Shown here: in pieces, positions 49,167 to 59,155 of the stretch
How the letters are laid out: every line of letters starts with the position of its first letter
Numbering within the stretch: the stretch's first letter is position 1
Source: an uncultured delta proteobacterium
Lineage (GTDB): Bacteria; Myxococcota_A; Polyangia; Polyangiales; JAFGIB01
Assembly (NCBI GenBank): GCA_963778655.1
Contig: CAVZVA010000005.1
Span: 480,001 to 544,000 of the forward strand
DNA length: 64,000 bases
Direction of reading: 5' to 3'
The notes under the pieces: generated by a model
The model's database searches: none
Told to the model about the DNA's origin: nothing
The model's input: only the letters and a program-made list of their open reading frames with translations
Program-made: the position numbers and the translations under genes

Positions 49167-49952
49167 GTGCGGGACGTGCTCGCCATCGTTACTCCGGAGA
49201 ACGTCCGTTTCGAGTTCTGGCTGGCGGGCCTGGCCTCGCGTGCGGCCGCGTGGGTGATCGACCTGCTGGTGATGTCGGCGCTCACCACCCTCGTGTTGGT
49301 GATCGTGAGCGTGGCTGGGGTGCTGCTGGGCGGCGTGGCAGCGGCGATCTACTTCGTGCTCGCGTTCCTGATTCAGTGGGGTTACGGGGCCCTGTGCGAG
49401 TGGGGGTGGGCGGGACAGACCGTGGGCAAGCGCGTGGTCGGGATCCGCGTGCTGCAGCTCTCGGGCACGCGCATCACGCTGCTGCAGGCGTTGGTCCGCA
49501 ACCTGGTGCGGGTGGTGGATCTGATGCCGGCGCTGTACCTGGCCGGCGGTGCGTGCGCGCTGCTGGACACCCGCGGCCGTCGTCTCGGCGACTTGGCAGC
49601 CGGGACCGTGGTGGTGCGCCAGCGCCGCACGCCTCGGCCTTCGGCGGTGGTGGCGCAGGTCGACCGCTACAACTCCTTCATCCACGACCCGCTGGTGGTG
49701 CACCAGGGCACGCGCGTCACGGCGCCAGAGCGCGATGCCATGGTCTCGCTGGCGCTGCGCCGGGAGCAGCTCCCGCTGCCGGTGCGTCACGCCCTGTTCG
49801 CGAAGCTGGCGCGGCACCTGGAGACGCGCCTCGGCGTCCCGCGCCCAGAGTACTTTTCCGAGGAGCGCTTCGTGCTGAACCTGACCGCGGTGGTGCTCGG
49901 GCTGCAGAGCGACCCGGCGGCCGCTGCCGGCGCGGGGGCGCGAGCTCCATGA
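49167..49952 (+). CDS. RDD family membrane protein
   Basis: TPENV, AGLASRAAAWVID, GQTVGKR, RNLVRVVD, RRLGDLAAGTVVV. Confidence 0.92.
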   Translation: MRDVLAIVTPENVRFEFWLAGLASRAAAWVIDLLVMSALTTLVLVIVSVAGVLLGGVAAAIYFVLAFLIQWGYGALCEWGWAGQTVGKRVVGIRVLQLSGTRITLLQALVRNLVRVVDLMPALYLAGGACALLDTRGRRLGDLAAGTVVVRQRRTPRPSAVVAQVDRYNSFIHDPLVVHQGTRVTAPERDAMVSLALRREQLPLPVRHALFAKLARHLETRLGVPRPEYFSEERFVLNLTAVVLGLQSDPAAAAGAGARAP

Positions 49953-50914
49953 CGCGTGGCGTCGTGATCGCTTACCATGGGCGCTGCTTCGACGGGGTGT
50001 GCTCGGCTGCGCTGCTCACGCACGTGCTGCGCGCGCTTCAGCCGGGGCTGGCCGAACCCGCCTATGTCGGCCTGCATCACCAGCCGGGTGGCTCGCACGT
50101 GCCCGAAGCCGTGCTCTCGGGGGAGCTCAACGCGGTGGTCGACTTTCGCTACACCACATCGGAGCGCTTGAGCTGGTGGTTCGACCACCATCTGACCGGC
50201 GTCGTCGGCGAGCAGGAGCGCGCGCACTTGGCGCGCGATCGCAGCGGCCACAAGTTCTTCGATCCGAGCTACGGGTCGTGCTGTCGTTTGATCGCGGACG
50301 TGGCGCGGTCGCGGCTCGGCGTCCGGGTCGACGCGCTCGCAGAGATGATCCACTGGGCGCAGGTGATCGACACTGCGGGCTTCCCGGACGCGCGCACGGC
50401 GGTCGCGCTGGAGCTTCCGGCGCTGCGCTTGATGACGGTGATCGAGGCGTACGGCGAGGACGCGTTCGTGACACCGCGCATCGCCCGCCTGGCGGCCGGT
50501 GCGAAGCTGAGCGAGTTGGTGGAGGATCCGGAGGTCGAGGACTTGTTTGCGCCGCTGGCGCGTGAGCAGCAGCGCACGGTCGAGGCGATCGCGCGCGAGG
50601 GGCGCTGTGAGCGCGGGGTGGTGAGCTTCGACCTCTCGGCCAGCGGGCGCGAGCGCTTCAACAAGCTCATCCCCTACGCGCTGCACCCCGGGGCGCGCTA
50701 CGCGGTGGGCGTGAGCGCCGGGCCACGGCGTGCCAAGGTCTCGGTGGGCAGCAATCCCTGGTCCAGCGCCGCGCAGCCGCACGACATCGCCGCGATCTGC
50801 GCGCGCTTCGGCGGCGGCGGCCATCACGACGTGGGCGCGGTCAGCCTGCAGCCGACGGAGGTCGCGCTGGCGCGCCGGATCGCGGCTCAGATCGCCGCGG
50901 AGCTTGCCGGGTAG
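49949..50914 (+). CDS. DHH-family phosphoesterase
   Basis: YHGRCFDG, VVDF, WFDHH, C-terminal GGGGH; ATGA overlap with the RDD stop. Confidence 0.88.
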   Translation: MTRGVVIAYHGRCFDGVCSAALLTHVLRALQPGLAEPAYVGLHHQPGGSHVPEAVLSGELNAVVDFRYTTSERLSWWFDHHLTGVVGEQERAHLARDRSGHKFFDPSYGSCCRLIADVARSRLGVRVDALAEMIHWAQVIDTAGFPDARTAVALELPALRLMTVIEAYGEDAFVTPRIARLAAGAKLSELVEDPEVEDLFAPLAREQQRTVEAIAREGRCERGVVSFDLSASGRERFNKLIPYALHPGARYAVGVSAGPRRAKVSVGSNPWSSAAQPHDIAAICARFGGGGHHDVGAVSLQPTEVALARRIAAQIAAELAG

Positions 50915-50941
50915 GACGCCCGGCGGGGTGTTCGGCCTGCT

Positions 50942-51208
50942 TCAGTTGTACTCGGCGAAGACGATCGAGCAGTTCTTCCACTCCGACTCGCGCATGCGGT
51001 TGCAGAGCTCGGCCAGATCGTCGTCGCAGTCGACCACCAGGCCCTCAGTCGCCCGGCCCGTGGCCTGGTCGAAGCAGCACTCGTCCATCGCGATCCAGCG
51101 CCCGCGCAGCGCATCGTCGTGGCAGATTTCTTGCCAGGTCATGCGTTGGAGCAGGGGCGCACGTTCGGATACTTCGGAGCGTCGGATGTTTGGCATGTAT
51201 TGGCGCAT
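50942..51208 (-). CDS. Small acidic Cys-containing hypothetical protein
   Basis: MTWQEICHDDALRGRWIAMDECC...VVDCDDDLAELC; strong GC3 bias in the 3' part; start could be 51208, 51196 or 51142. Confidence 0.7.
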   Translation of the reverse strand: MRQYMPNIRRSEVSERAPLLQRMTWQEICHDDALRGRWIAMDECCFDQATGRATEGLVVDCDDDLAELCNRMRESEWKNCSIVFAEYN

Positions 51209-51640
51209 GGTTTGTTCGGTCGGCTCGCGTTCTCGTCCGCGTCAGGTGCCGGGCGCCTGGTACGGCGTCTTCCTCGGCTCGGCGCGTGGTTGCTGGGAAC
51301 CTACCTAGGGGGACTCCACTCACCTGCCTGCGGTGTCGACCGCTCGCCCCTATTTGGGGGCGGGCCAGCCAGTTCGTTCAAGGCGCAGGCAGCTCGAGTG
51401 TCGCGCAGCGCTGGCCCGAGTCAAGTAGCTGCGCCCTACATTGTACGCATAGCCCTACCCGAACGCGGCCGAAGCTTGCCGAGGAGGTCCGATCGTTGCC
51501 ATTAACCATATGATCATACTTCTGTTTTTGGTCTTGACCGCGGGGCCGTCCGCCCTGCTCCGGGGCCCGGCTGAGGGCCTCGGTTGCGGGGCAATAGGCC
51601 GTATGCGAGACTCGTTGGGCTCTTGCTTAGCACCGATCCC

Positions 51641-51826
51641 AAGGCTGCTTCGTGGTCGTTTCTCGAGCGGGATGGGGCCGTTCCCGACCCTGAAGCGCAG
51701 GTACGCCGCTACCCCGGCCCTCGCGGGAGCGCGCCCGCATTCGACTCCCCCTTCGAGGGGCGGACCGAGTAGCCCGACGGCGTAGGTGAATTGCCCCGGA
51801 GGTCTTGCTTGGTCACGCCCGCAGGC
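51641..51826 (+). ncRNA. Putative 6S (SsrS)-like structured RNA
   Basis: Nested long-range pairing: CTGC/GCAG, CGTGGTCG/TGGTCACG (G-U pairs on + strand), GGGGC/GCCCC, TACGCCG/CGGCGTA, CTAC/GTAG; ~185 nt, intergenic. Confidence 0.5.
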
Positions 51827-51853
51827 GGCGCCGTATCCGTTCGGCGGAGCCCT

Positions 51854-54055
51854 TTGGCGGGAGCTGCGCGCGCATCGCTGTGGGTGTGCGCGATCGCACT
51901 GCCAGCCTGCGCGGGCGCGGCCGGCGGCGGCACGCACAGCCCGCCACCTATCGAGGCCGACGCGGGGCCGGCGCCGGTGCGGGCGCTATATGAGCTGGGC
52001 GCGGCCCCGATGCCCTTCGGCGCGATCCCCTGGCCGGACGACAGCTACCTCGACGCCGACGGGCACGTCAGCGTGCGCGATCTGCCCAGCGGGGCGACCC
52101 GCGAGTACGCGGCCGCGTTGACGGCTGCGATGGTGGACCTGGACGGCTTCGGGCTGCGGCCGACCATCTACTTCCGCTTCGACGGTGCGCTCGATCCGTC
52201 CAGCGTGCCGGCCGACGCCGGCGCCACCCTGGGCGCGACCGCGAGCGTATTCCTGATCGATGTCGACACGGCCTCGCCCCAGGCCTTCGAGCGGATCGCG
52301 GTCGACGTGCAATACGTGCCGGACGGTTTCGAGCTGCGGCTGCGTCCTGCGTTGCCGCGCGCGCTCAATCCGGGCCGTCGCTACGCCGCTGTGGTTACGC
52401 GCGCGCTGAGCGGCGCCGATGGCCGGCCGGTGCAGGGCGCCGAGCGCTTCCTGCGCGTTCGCGATCCGGACGTGCCCCTGTTCGACTCGCGCGAGCGCGC
52501 GGCGCGGACCGAGTACGCGCCTGTGCTCGAAACGCTCGCCAGCCATGGGCTGGCACGCGACAAGATCGCGGCGCTCGCGGTCTTCCACGTCCAGAGCGTG
52601 CGCACGGACCTGATGGATGCGCGCGATCTGGTGCTCAAATCGCCGGCGCCGGCGCCGGTGCTGACCGACGCCCGCAGCGCGGTGGAGCTCGATTCCGTGC
52701 TCGGCACGCCGCCGCAGGGCGCGCTCGGTCTCGACCACGGCGGTCCGCACGATCACATCGGCTGGATGATCCAGGGGCACTTCAGCTCGCCCAACCTGCT
52801 CTCCACGCGGCTCTCCGTGCACGGCGCATTCGAGCGCACCGCTGGCGGCGCGCTGCGCGCCAAGCGGCAGGACGACGTGCCGTTCACGCTCTGGCTTCCG
52901 CTGGGCAGCCCCGGCAACGGGCCGGTGCCGGTCGTGATCGTGCAGCACGGTCTGGGCGGCGACCGCAGCGACGCATTGCCGCTGGCGAACGCGCTGGCCG
53001 CCTCCGGCTATGCGGTGATTGCGATCGATGCGCCCTTTCACGGTTTGCGCTCGGGCCAGGGCGACAACCAAAACCGTTTCACTGGGCGGCCGGGAGCGGA
53101 CGGCTTCGGCGACGCGCCTGGGGATTTCGTGGGCGAGCGCGACGTGGCCGGCGATCTGCCCGAGTTCCACCCGTTCTACTACCGCGATGCGGTGCGCCAG
53201 GGCGTGGTCGATCTGATGTCGCTGGTGTACGTGCTGAACAGCGGCGACTGGTCCGGGCTGGCCAAGGCCGCGGTTCCGCTCGCGCAGCTCAAGCTCGACG
53301 CGACCACGTTGCCGCTGGTGGGGACCGACCTCGGGGCAGAGATGGGGTTGATGCTGGCCTCGCTCGAGCCGCGCATCGGCGGTCTAGTGCTGGCGTTCGC
53401 GGGCGGTTTGGGCGTCGACGGGTGGTTCGAGAGCCCGGCGCAGCGGCCGCTGGCGGAGGGCCTGCTGTCACGGCTGGGCTACGACCCGTTACGGTTGAAC
53501 GATGGCGACCCCGCCGCGTTGCTGATGTCGCCCGACCTCGATGCGTGGCGCACATTGAGCGACCGCGCCACGCCGCTGGCCTACGCCCCGACCTTGAGCC
53601 GACTGCCTGCCAACCTGCTGATGCTGATGGCGCGCGACGACGAGGTCGTGCACAACCGCGGCACCGAGGTGCTCGCCTACGCGCTCGGAGCGGAGGCGGT
53701 CGGCGGCGCGCCGGCCTACGTGTCGGATCTGGCGACCGATACGATTCGGCCGGGCGCGACGCTGAGCGGCAACTTCATGGCGGACGGAGGCACGGTCACG
53801 CGCGTGCTCTACGTGCTCGACCCGTCCGGCCACGATGCGCTGACGCGCGCGACCGGCAGCCAGCAGTACCAGCATCCGATCGCGGTCCCGCCGGAGGCCC
53901 TGCAGCAGCCCAAGGACATCGACAATCCGATCGCGGCGACGCTCACGCAGATCGGCTTCTTCCTGGAGTCGCTGCGGGCCTGCGCGGCCAGTATGCCTAC
54001 GCCGTCGCAGGCGAGCTGCGCGGCCTCGGTCGAGGCGCCTCCGGCTACGCCGTAG
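51854..54055 (+). CDS. Lipoprotein: Ig-like/lipase N-terminal region + alpha/beta hydrolase
   Basis: Lipobox LPAC; PWPDD, LDGFG, VVIVQHGLGG, IAIDAPFHG, RQGVVDL, GTDLG elbow, DEVV, GH. Confidence 0.8.
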   Translation: MAGAARASLWVCAIALPACAGAAGGGTHSPPPIEADAGPAPVRALYELGAAPMPFGAIPWPDDSYLDADGHVSVRDLPSGATREYAAALTAAMVDLDGFGLRPTIYFRFDGALDPSSVPADAGATLGATASVFLIDVDTASPQAFERIAVDVQYVPDGFELRLRPALPRALNPGRRYAAVVTRALSGADGRPVQGAERFLRVRDPDVPLFDSRERAARTEYAPVLETLASHGLARDKIAALAVFHVQSVRTDLMDARDLVLKSPAPAPVLTDARSAVELDSVLGTPPQGALGLDHGGPHDHIGWMIQGHFSSPNLLSTRLSVHGAFERTAGGALRAKRQDDVPFTLWLPLGSPGNGPVPVVIVQHGLGGDRSDALPLANALAASGYAVIAIDAPFHGLRSGQGDNQNRFTGRPGADGFGDAPGDFVGERDVAGDLPEFHPFYYRDAVRQGVVDLMSLVYVLNSGDWSGLAKAAVPLAQLKLDATTLPLVGTDLGAEMGLMLASLEPRIGGLVLAFAGGLGVDGWFESPAQRPLAEGLLSRLGYDPLRLNDGDPAALLMSPDLDAWRTLSDRATPLAYAPTLSRLPANLLMLMARDDEVVHNRGTEVLAYALGAEAVGGAPAYVSDLATDTIRPGATLSGNFMADGGTVTRVLYVLDPSGHDALTRATGSQQYQHPIAVPPEALQQPKDIDNPIAATLTQIGFFLESLRACAASMPTPSQASCAASVEAPPATP

Positions 54056-54084
54056 CGCAACGCCGCGCCGCGCGGGCCGCTCGC

Positions 54085-54474
54085 TCAGCTCAGCGTGGCC
54101 AGCAGGGCTTCGTAGGCCTTGGCGTCCAGCAGCGCGTCGAGCTCGGCCCGGTTGGAAGGCTTGAGCACCAGCATCCAGCCCTCGCCATAGGGTGTGTCGT
54201 TCACCAGCTCGGGCTTGGTCGCGAGCGCCTGGTTGACCTCGACCACCTCGCCGCCGATCGGCGCGAACAGCTCGCTCACCGCCTTGACCGACTCGATGTC
54301 GCCGAAGTGCTTGGTCGACTCCACGCGCGCGCCGGGCTTGGGCAGGTCGACCAGGGTCACGTCGCCGAGTTGCTCGACCGCGTAGACGGTGATGCCGATG
54401 CGCACCAGCTCGCCTTCGAGCCGCGCCCACTCATGGTCCTTGGTGTACTTGAGGTCGGTTGGATAACTGGCCAT
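54085..54474 (-). CDS. gcvH: Glycine cleavage system H protein
   Basis: YTKDHEW, IGIT, LGDV, IESVKAVSE (lipoyl Lys), PYGEGWM. Confidence 0.97.
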   Translation of the reverse strand: MASYPTDLKYTKDHEWARLEGELVRIGITVYAVEQLGDVTLVDLPKPGARVESTKHFGDIESVKAVSELFAPIGGEVVEVNQALATKPELVNDTPYGEGWMLVLKPSNRAELDALLDAKAYEALLATLS

Positions 54475-54479
54475 CGTGT

Positions 54480-55580
<1,101 letters not shown>

Positions 55581-55696
55581 CGGGGCGGACGATAGCGCGC
55601 CCGATTCCAGCGATTCAACCGGGATGTGGCCCCGCGGCCCGGCGTCCCCGTGCGCGGTGCCACGCAACCGGGACGCGCGCCGGCCGATAGCGGGGC

Positions 55697-57235
55697 ATGG
55701 AAGAGCTGAAGCTCTATCGAGGCGAGCAATTGTTGGCCCAAATCGCGCTCGGCGAGTGGCCGCTCGAGCTGGGCCGCGCCGCGGGCTGCGACCTGACGGT
55801 CGACGACCCGGAGCTGGCCGAGCGCCACTGGCTGGCGCTGCGGCGCTTTGGCACCGTGCTCGCCTACGACGTCTCGCGCGGGCGCAGCCGCAGCCCGCTT
55901 CCGCTGCCGCTCGGGCAGCGCGTGGCCCTGGGCCGCGACCACAGCCTGGTGCGGGCGCGCCGGCCGCAGCCCGGCGGTCTGGAGCGCGACACCGAGGCGC
56001 TGCGCGAGCAGAGCGACCGCGGCGGCGAGCTGGTGCTGGTGTTGGGCTGCGGTCGCGAGGCGCGCAAGCTGCGCGTCGGCGAGCGGCCGCTGCACATCGG
56101 GCGCGCCACCGACAACGACCTGGTGCTGGCCGACCGCGCCGCCAGCTTGCGCCATTGCCGGTTGGAGCCGGTCGGCGCGGGCTTGCTGCTGCGTGACCTG
56201 GGCAGCAGCAACGGGACCTTCGTCAACGGCGTGCGCGTGGAACGCGCCGTGGTCGCAGCCGGCGTCGAGATCCGGATCGGCCGCACGGAGCTGCGCGCGC
56301 TGGAGCGCGACGCGCAGGGGCGTGTGCTGGGCGGCGAGCTGCTGGCCGAGTCGGCGGCGATGCTGGCGCTGCTGGCCGAGGCCCGGCGCGCGGCGACTCT
56401 GCCCTGGCCGGCGCTGGTGCTGGGAGAGAGCGGCAGCGGCAAGGAGGGCGTCGCCAGATTGTTGCACAGCGCGGGGCCGCGCCGCGGCCGGCCGCTGGTG
56501 ACGCTCAACGCCGGCGGGGTTCCGCGCGAGCTGGTGGAGAGCGAGCTGTTCGGCCACGAGCGCGGGGCTTTCACCGGCGCCACCAGCGCGCGCCGCGGTG
56601 CCTTCGAGCAGGCCGACGGCGGGACGCTGTTCCTGGACGAGATCGGCGAGCTGCCGCTGGCGCTGCAGGCGCGGCTGCTGCGCGTGCTGGAGAGCGGCGA
56701 GGTGCGCCGCGTCGGCGCCGAAGGCGTGCGTAGCGTGGACGTGCGCGTGGTGTGCGCAACCCACCGCGACCTGCGCGCCATGGTGAGCGCGGGCGAGTTC
56801 CGGCAGGACCTCTACTTTCGCATTGCGCGGTTGGTGCTGGAGGTGCCGCCGCTGCGCGCGCGGCCGGAGGACTTGCCGCTGCTGGCCGAGTGCTTTCTGC
56901 GCGAGCTCGGGCCGCAGCTGGGACCGCGCGAGCTTGGGCCCGAGGCGCTCGCGCGGCTGAGCGCGTACGCGTGGCCAGGCAACGTGCGCGAGCTGCGCAA
57001 CGTGCTGTCGGGCGCGGCCATGGCGAGCAGCGCGTGCGCGATCGGTCCGCTCGAGATCGAGCAGGCCCTGCAGCGTCTGGGCGGGGTGGCCGCCGAGCGC
57101 ACGCGAGTCGGAGCCGACGGGCTGCGCCACGTAGTGCAGCGCCACGGCGGCAATCTCACCGCCGCCGCCCGCGCCCTGGGCATGGCGCGCTCGACGCTGC
57201 GAGACCGACTGAAGGCGGGCGCCGCGCCGCCATAG
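55697..57235 (+). CDS. FHA-domain sigma54-dependent transcriptional activator
   Basis: Two FHA-like domains (IGR..SLRH..DLGSSNGT), GESGSGKE, ESELFGHERGAFTGA, FLDEIGE, WPGNVREL, Fis HTH. Confidence 0.93.
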   Translation: MEELKLYRGEQLLAQIALGEWPLELGRAAGCDLTVDDPELAERHWLALRRFGTVLAYDVSRGRSRSPLPLPLGQRVALGRDHSLVRARRPQPGGLERDTEALREQSDRGGELVLVLGCGREARKLRVGERPLHIGRATDNDLVLADRAASLRHCRLEPVGAGLLLRDLGSSNGTFVNGVRVERAVVAAGVEIRIGRTELRALERDAQGRVLGGELLAESAAMLALLAEARRAATLPWPALVLGESGSGKEGVARLLHSAGPRRGRPLVTLNAGGVPRELVESELFGHERGAFTGATSARRGAFEQADGGTLFLDEIGELPLALQARLLRVLESGEVRRVGAEGVRSVDVRVVCATHRDLRAMVSAGEFRQDLYFRIARLVLEVPPLRARPEDLPLLAECFLRELGPQLGPRELGPEALARLSAYAWPGNVRELRNVLSGAAMASSACAIGPLEIEQALQRLGGVAAERTRVGADGLRHVVQRHGGNLTAAARALGMARSTLRDRLKAGAAPP

Positions 57236-57248
57236 GAACAGGGGGCTT

Positions 57249-57310
57249 CAACCGGAAGGCGGGAAGCGCGGACAGAGACCTTTTCCCGCCCTCTTCCCGT
57301 CTTGCTGTTG
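57249..57310. repeat. Palindromic repeat, family C
   Basis: CAACCGGAAGGCGGGAAG (57249-57266) / CTTCCCGTCTTGCTGTTG (57293-57310) between convergent genes. Confidence 0.6.
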
Positions 57311-57313
57311 CGT

Positions 57314-58015
57314 CTACTGCTCCCGCATCCGGCGCACGCGGAAGGCCAGCAGCTCGCGCGCGACCCGCAGCACGATTCCCGCGCGGGCGCTCTTGGATTG
57401 CCCGCTGCGCCGCGGCCGGCAGCCGATCGTGACCACCTCGGTGGCGCGGCCGGCGGCCAGCACGCGGATCGGGAACTCGAAATTGAGGAAGAACGAATCC
57501 GAGGGTAGTTGGTCCGGCACGAACAGCGTGCGGCGGAACAAATACGGCCCGTCGCTGCGTAGCCGCACTCCGTGGACCGCGCGCACCAGCGCGCGCACGC
57601 CCCACGACATCAGCTTGCGGTCCAGGCCGTCGTCGCGGTCGGCGTAGACCGAAAACACCACGTCGCAGCCGGGGCTGGCAGCGGCTGCGCGCAGCGTACC
57701 GATCGAAGCCGGGTCGATCTGCCCGTCGGCGGGCATGAACGTGACCCAGGGCGCGCGCGCGGCGGCGACGCCGGTCTTGAGCGCGGCACCGATACCGCGG
57801 TTGCGCGCATGGCGCAGCAGCTGGTGCGTGCACCCCGCGAGCGCGCGCTCCGCCTCGGCGGAGGTGGCGTCGGTCGAGCCGTCGTCGACCAGCACGATCT
57901 CCGCGCCGGGCTCGTGTGCGTCCAGCCAGGCGCGCAGCTCCTGCAGGATGGGCGCGACGTTGCCGGCCTCGTTGTAGGCGAACACCACCACGGACAGGTC
58001 GGGCGTCTCGGACAC
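57314..58015 (-). CDS. Glycosyltransferase family 2 (DPM/ArnC-like)
   Basis: SVVVFAYNE, VDDGSTDAT, NRGIGAA, PADGQ, R..GQSK. Confidence 0.9.
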   Translation of the reverse strand: MSETPDLSVVVFAYNEAGNVAPILQELRAWLDAHEPGAEIVLVDDGSTDATSAEAERALAGCTHQLLRHARNRGIGAALKTGVAAARAPWVTFMPADGQIDPASIGTLRAAAASPGCDVVFSVYADRDDGLDRKLMSWGVRALVRAVHGVRLRSDGPYLFRRTLFVPDQLPSDSFFLNFEFPIRVLAAGRATEVVTIGCRPRRSGQSKSARAGIVLRVARELLAFRVRRMREQ

Positions 58016-58104
58016 AGGCTCGGGGAGATCGTAGCGCGAATGGCGGCAGTCCGTACCCCTGCGATGCGCCGGCGGGTCGATCGACCGACCTGGAGCACCA
58101 AGAA

Positions 58105-58179
58105 ACAGGAAGGCAGGGAGAGGGGAAGGACCGCTCGGAAGCGCGGGGTCGTTCAATTGCAGCCTTCACGCCTTCCTGT
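58105..58179. repeat. Palindromic repeat, family C
   Basis: ACAGGAAGGC (58105-58114) / GCCTTCCTGT (58170-58179), perfect 10-bp inverted repeat downstream of miaA. Confidence 0.6.
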
Positions 58180-58206
58180 GAGCTCGATCGTCTCTTCCGT
58201 GGCTTT

Positions 58207-59148
58207 TCAGCCCCGCGTCAAGTGCGTTGCCAGTGTGTCGAACGCTGGGGAGGACAGCAGGGCTTCTGGGTCCAGGCGTAGATCGAAGCCGGGCTCGGCG
58301 CGGAACCAGTTGCGCTGGCGGCGACCGTACAGGCGGGTGGCCCGCGTGACCTGGCGCTCGATTTCGGTCGCATCTTGGCCTTGCTGCAGGCCGAGCGCCG
58401 CCTGGCGGTAGCCGACCGAGCGCAGCGCGCGCACGTCGGCGCCGTGGCGCGCGATCAGGCTTCGCACCTCGTCCAGGAAGCCCTGCGCGAACATCGCGCG
58501 CGTGCGCCGGGCGATCGCTTCCCTCCAGCGCTCCAGGGCTGTGTCGAGCACCAGCGCGAGCGCGCGGTAACGCGGCTGGCCCAGGGCGTGGGCGGCCCGT
58601 AGCTCGCCCAGCGCCCGCCCGGTCTGCGCGTGCACCTCGAGCGCGCGCACCACCCGCACCATGTCGCTGGGATGGACAGCCTGGGCACTGCGCGGATCGA
58701 TCTCTGCCAGCCGTGAGTGCATCGCTGCCGCGCCCCGCTCGTGCCACTCGCGCTCGAGCTGCGCCCGCAGCGTGGGGTCGACCTTCGGCAGCTCGAGCAG
58801 GCCGCGCAGCAACGCGCGCAACCACAGCCCGGTACCGCCTACTACCAGCGGCCGCGCACCGCGCGCGATCACGTCGTCGATCGCGGCATCGGCCAGCTCG
58901 GCGTAGCGCGCGGCGTCGATCGCCTCGCCGGGCTCGAGCACGTCGATCAGATGATGGCGCACTCCGCGCAGCTCGGCCGCCGTGGGCTTACACGAGCCGA
59001 GGTCGAACCCGCGGTAGACCTGCACGCTGTCGGCACCCACGATCTCCGCGCCCAGGCGCCTGCACAGCTCGATCGCCACGCGCGTCTTGCCCACCCCGGT
59101 CGGCCCGGCCAACACCGCGATCGCGATCCGGCTGCGCTCTGCCTGCAT
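58207..59148 (-). CDS. miaA: tRNA dimethylallyltransferase
   Basis: GPTGVGKT, ADSVQVYRG, HHLID, VGGTGL, RALEV, SVGY, RRQRNWF. Confidence 0.96.
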   Translation of the reverse strand: MQAERSRIAIAVLAGPTGVGKTRVAIELCRRLGAEIVGADSVQVYRGFDLGSCKPTAAELRGVRHHLIDVLEPGEAIDAARYAELADAAIDDVIARGARPLVVGGTGLWLRALLRGLLELPKVDPTLRAQLEREWHERGAAAMHSRLAEIDPRSAQAVHPSDMVRVVRALEVHAQTGRALGELRAAHALGQPRYRALALVLDTALERWREAIARRTRAMFAQGFLDEVRSLIARHGADVRALRSVGYRQAALGLQQGQDATEIERQVTRATRLYGRRQRNWFRAEPGFDLRLDPEALLSSPAFDTLATHLTRG

Positions 59149-59155
59149 GGTTGAC

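Noticed and set aside
51202..51275. sigma54-like TGGCGCA-N4-TTGT and TGGTACG sites
   Set aside because: Both lack the -12 GC dinucleotide at the correct spacing.
51643..51693. GGCTGCTTCGT...TTCCCGACCCTGA resembles the reverse complement of the SRP RNA core
   Set aside because: The two halves are separated by ~27 extra nt, which breaks the helix-8 tetraloop; the rod/6S-like reading fits better.
51736..51760. TTCGACTCCC resembling a tRNA/tmRNA T-arm
   Set aside because: No acceptor stem, D-arm or CCA end, and it is preceded by CA rather than GG.
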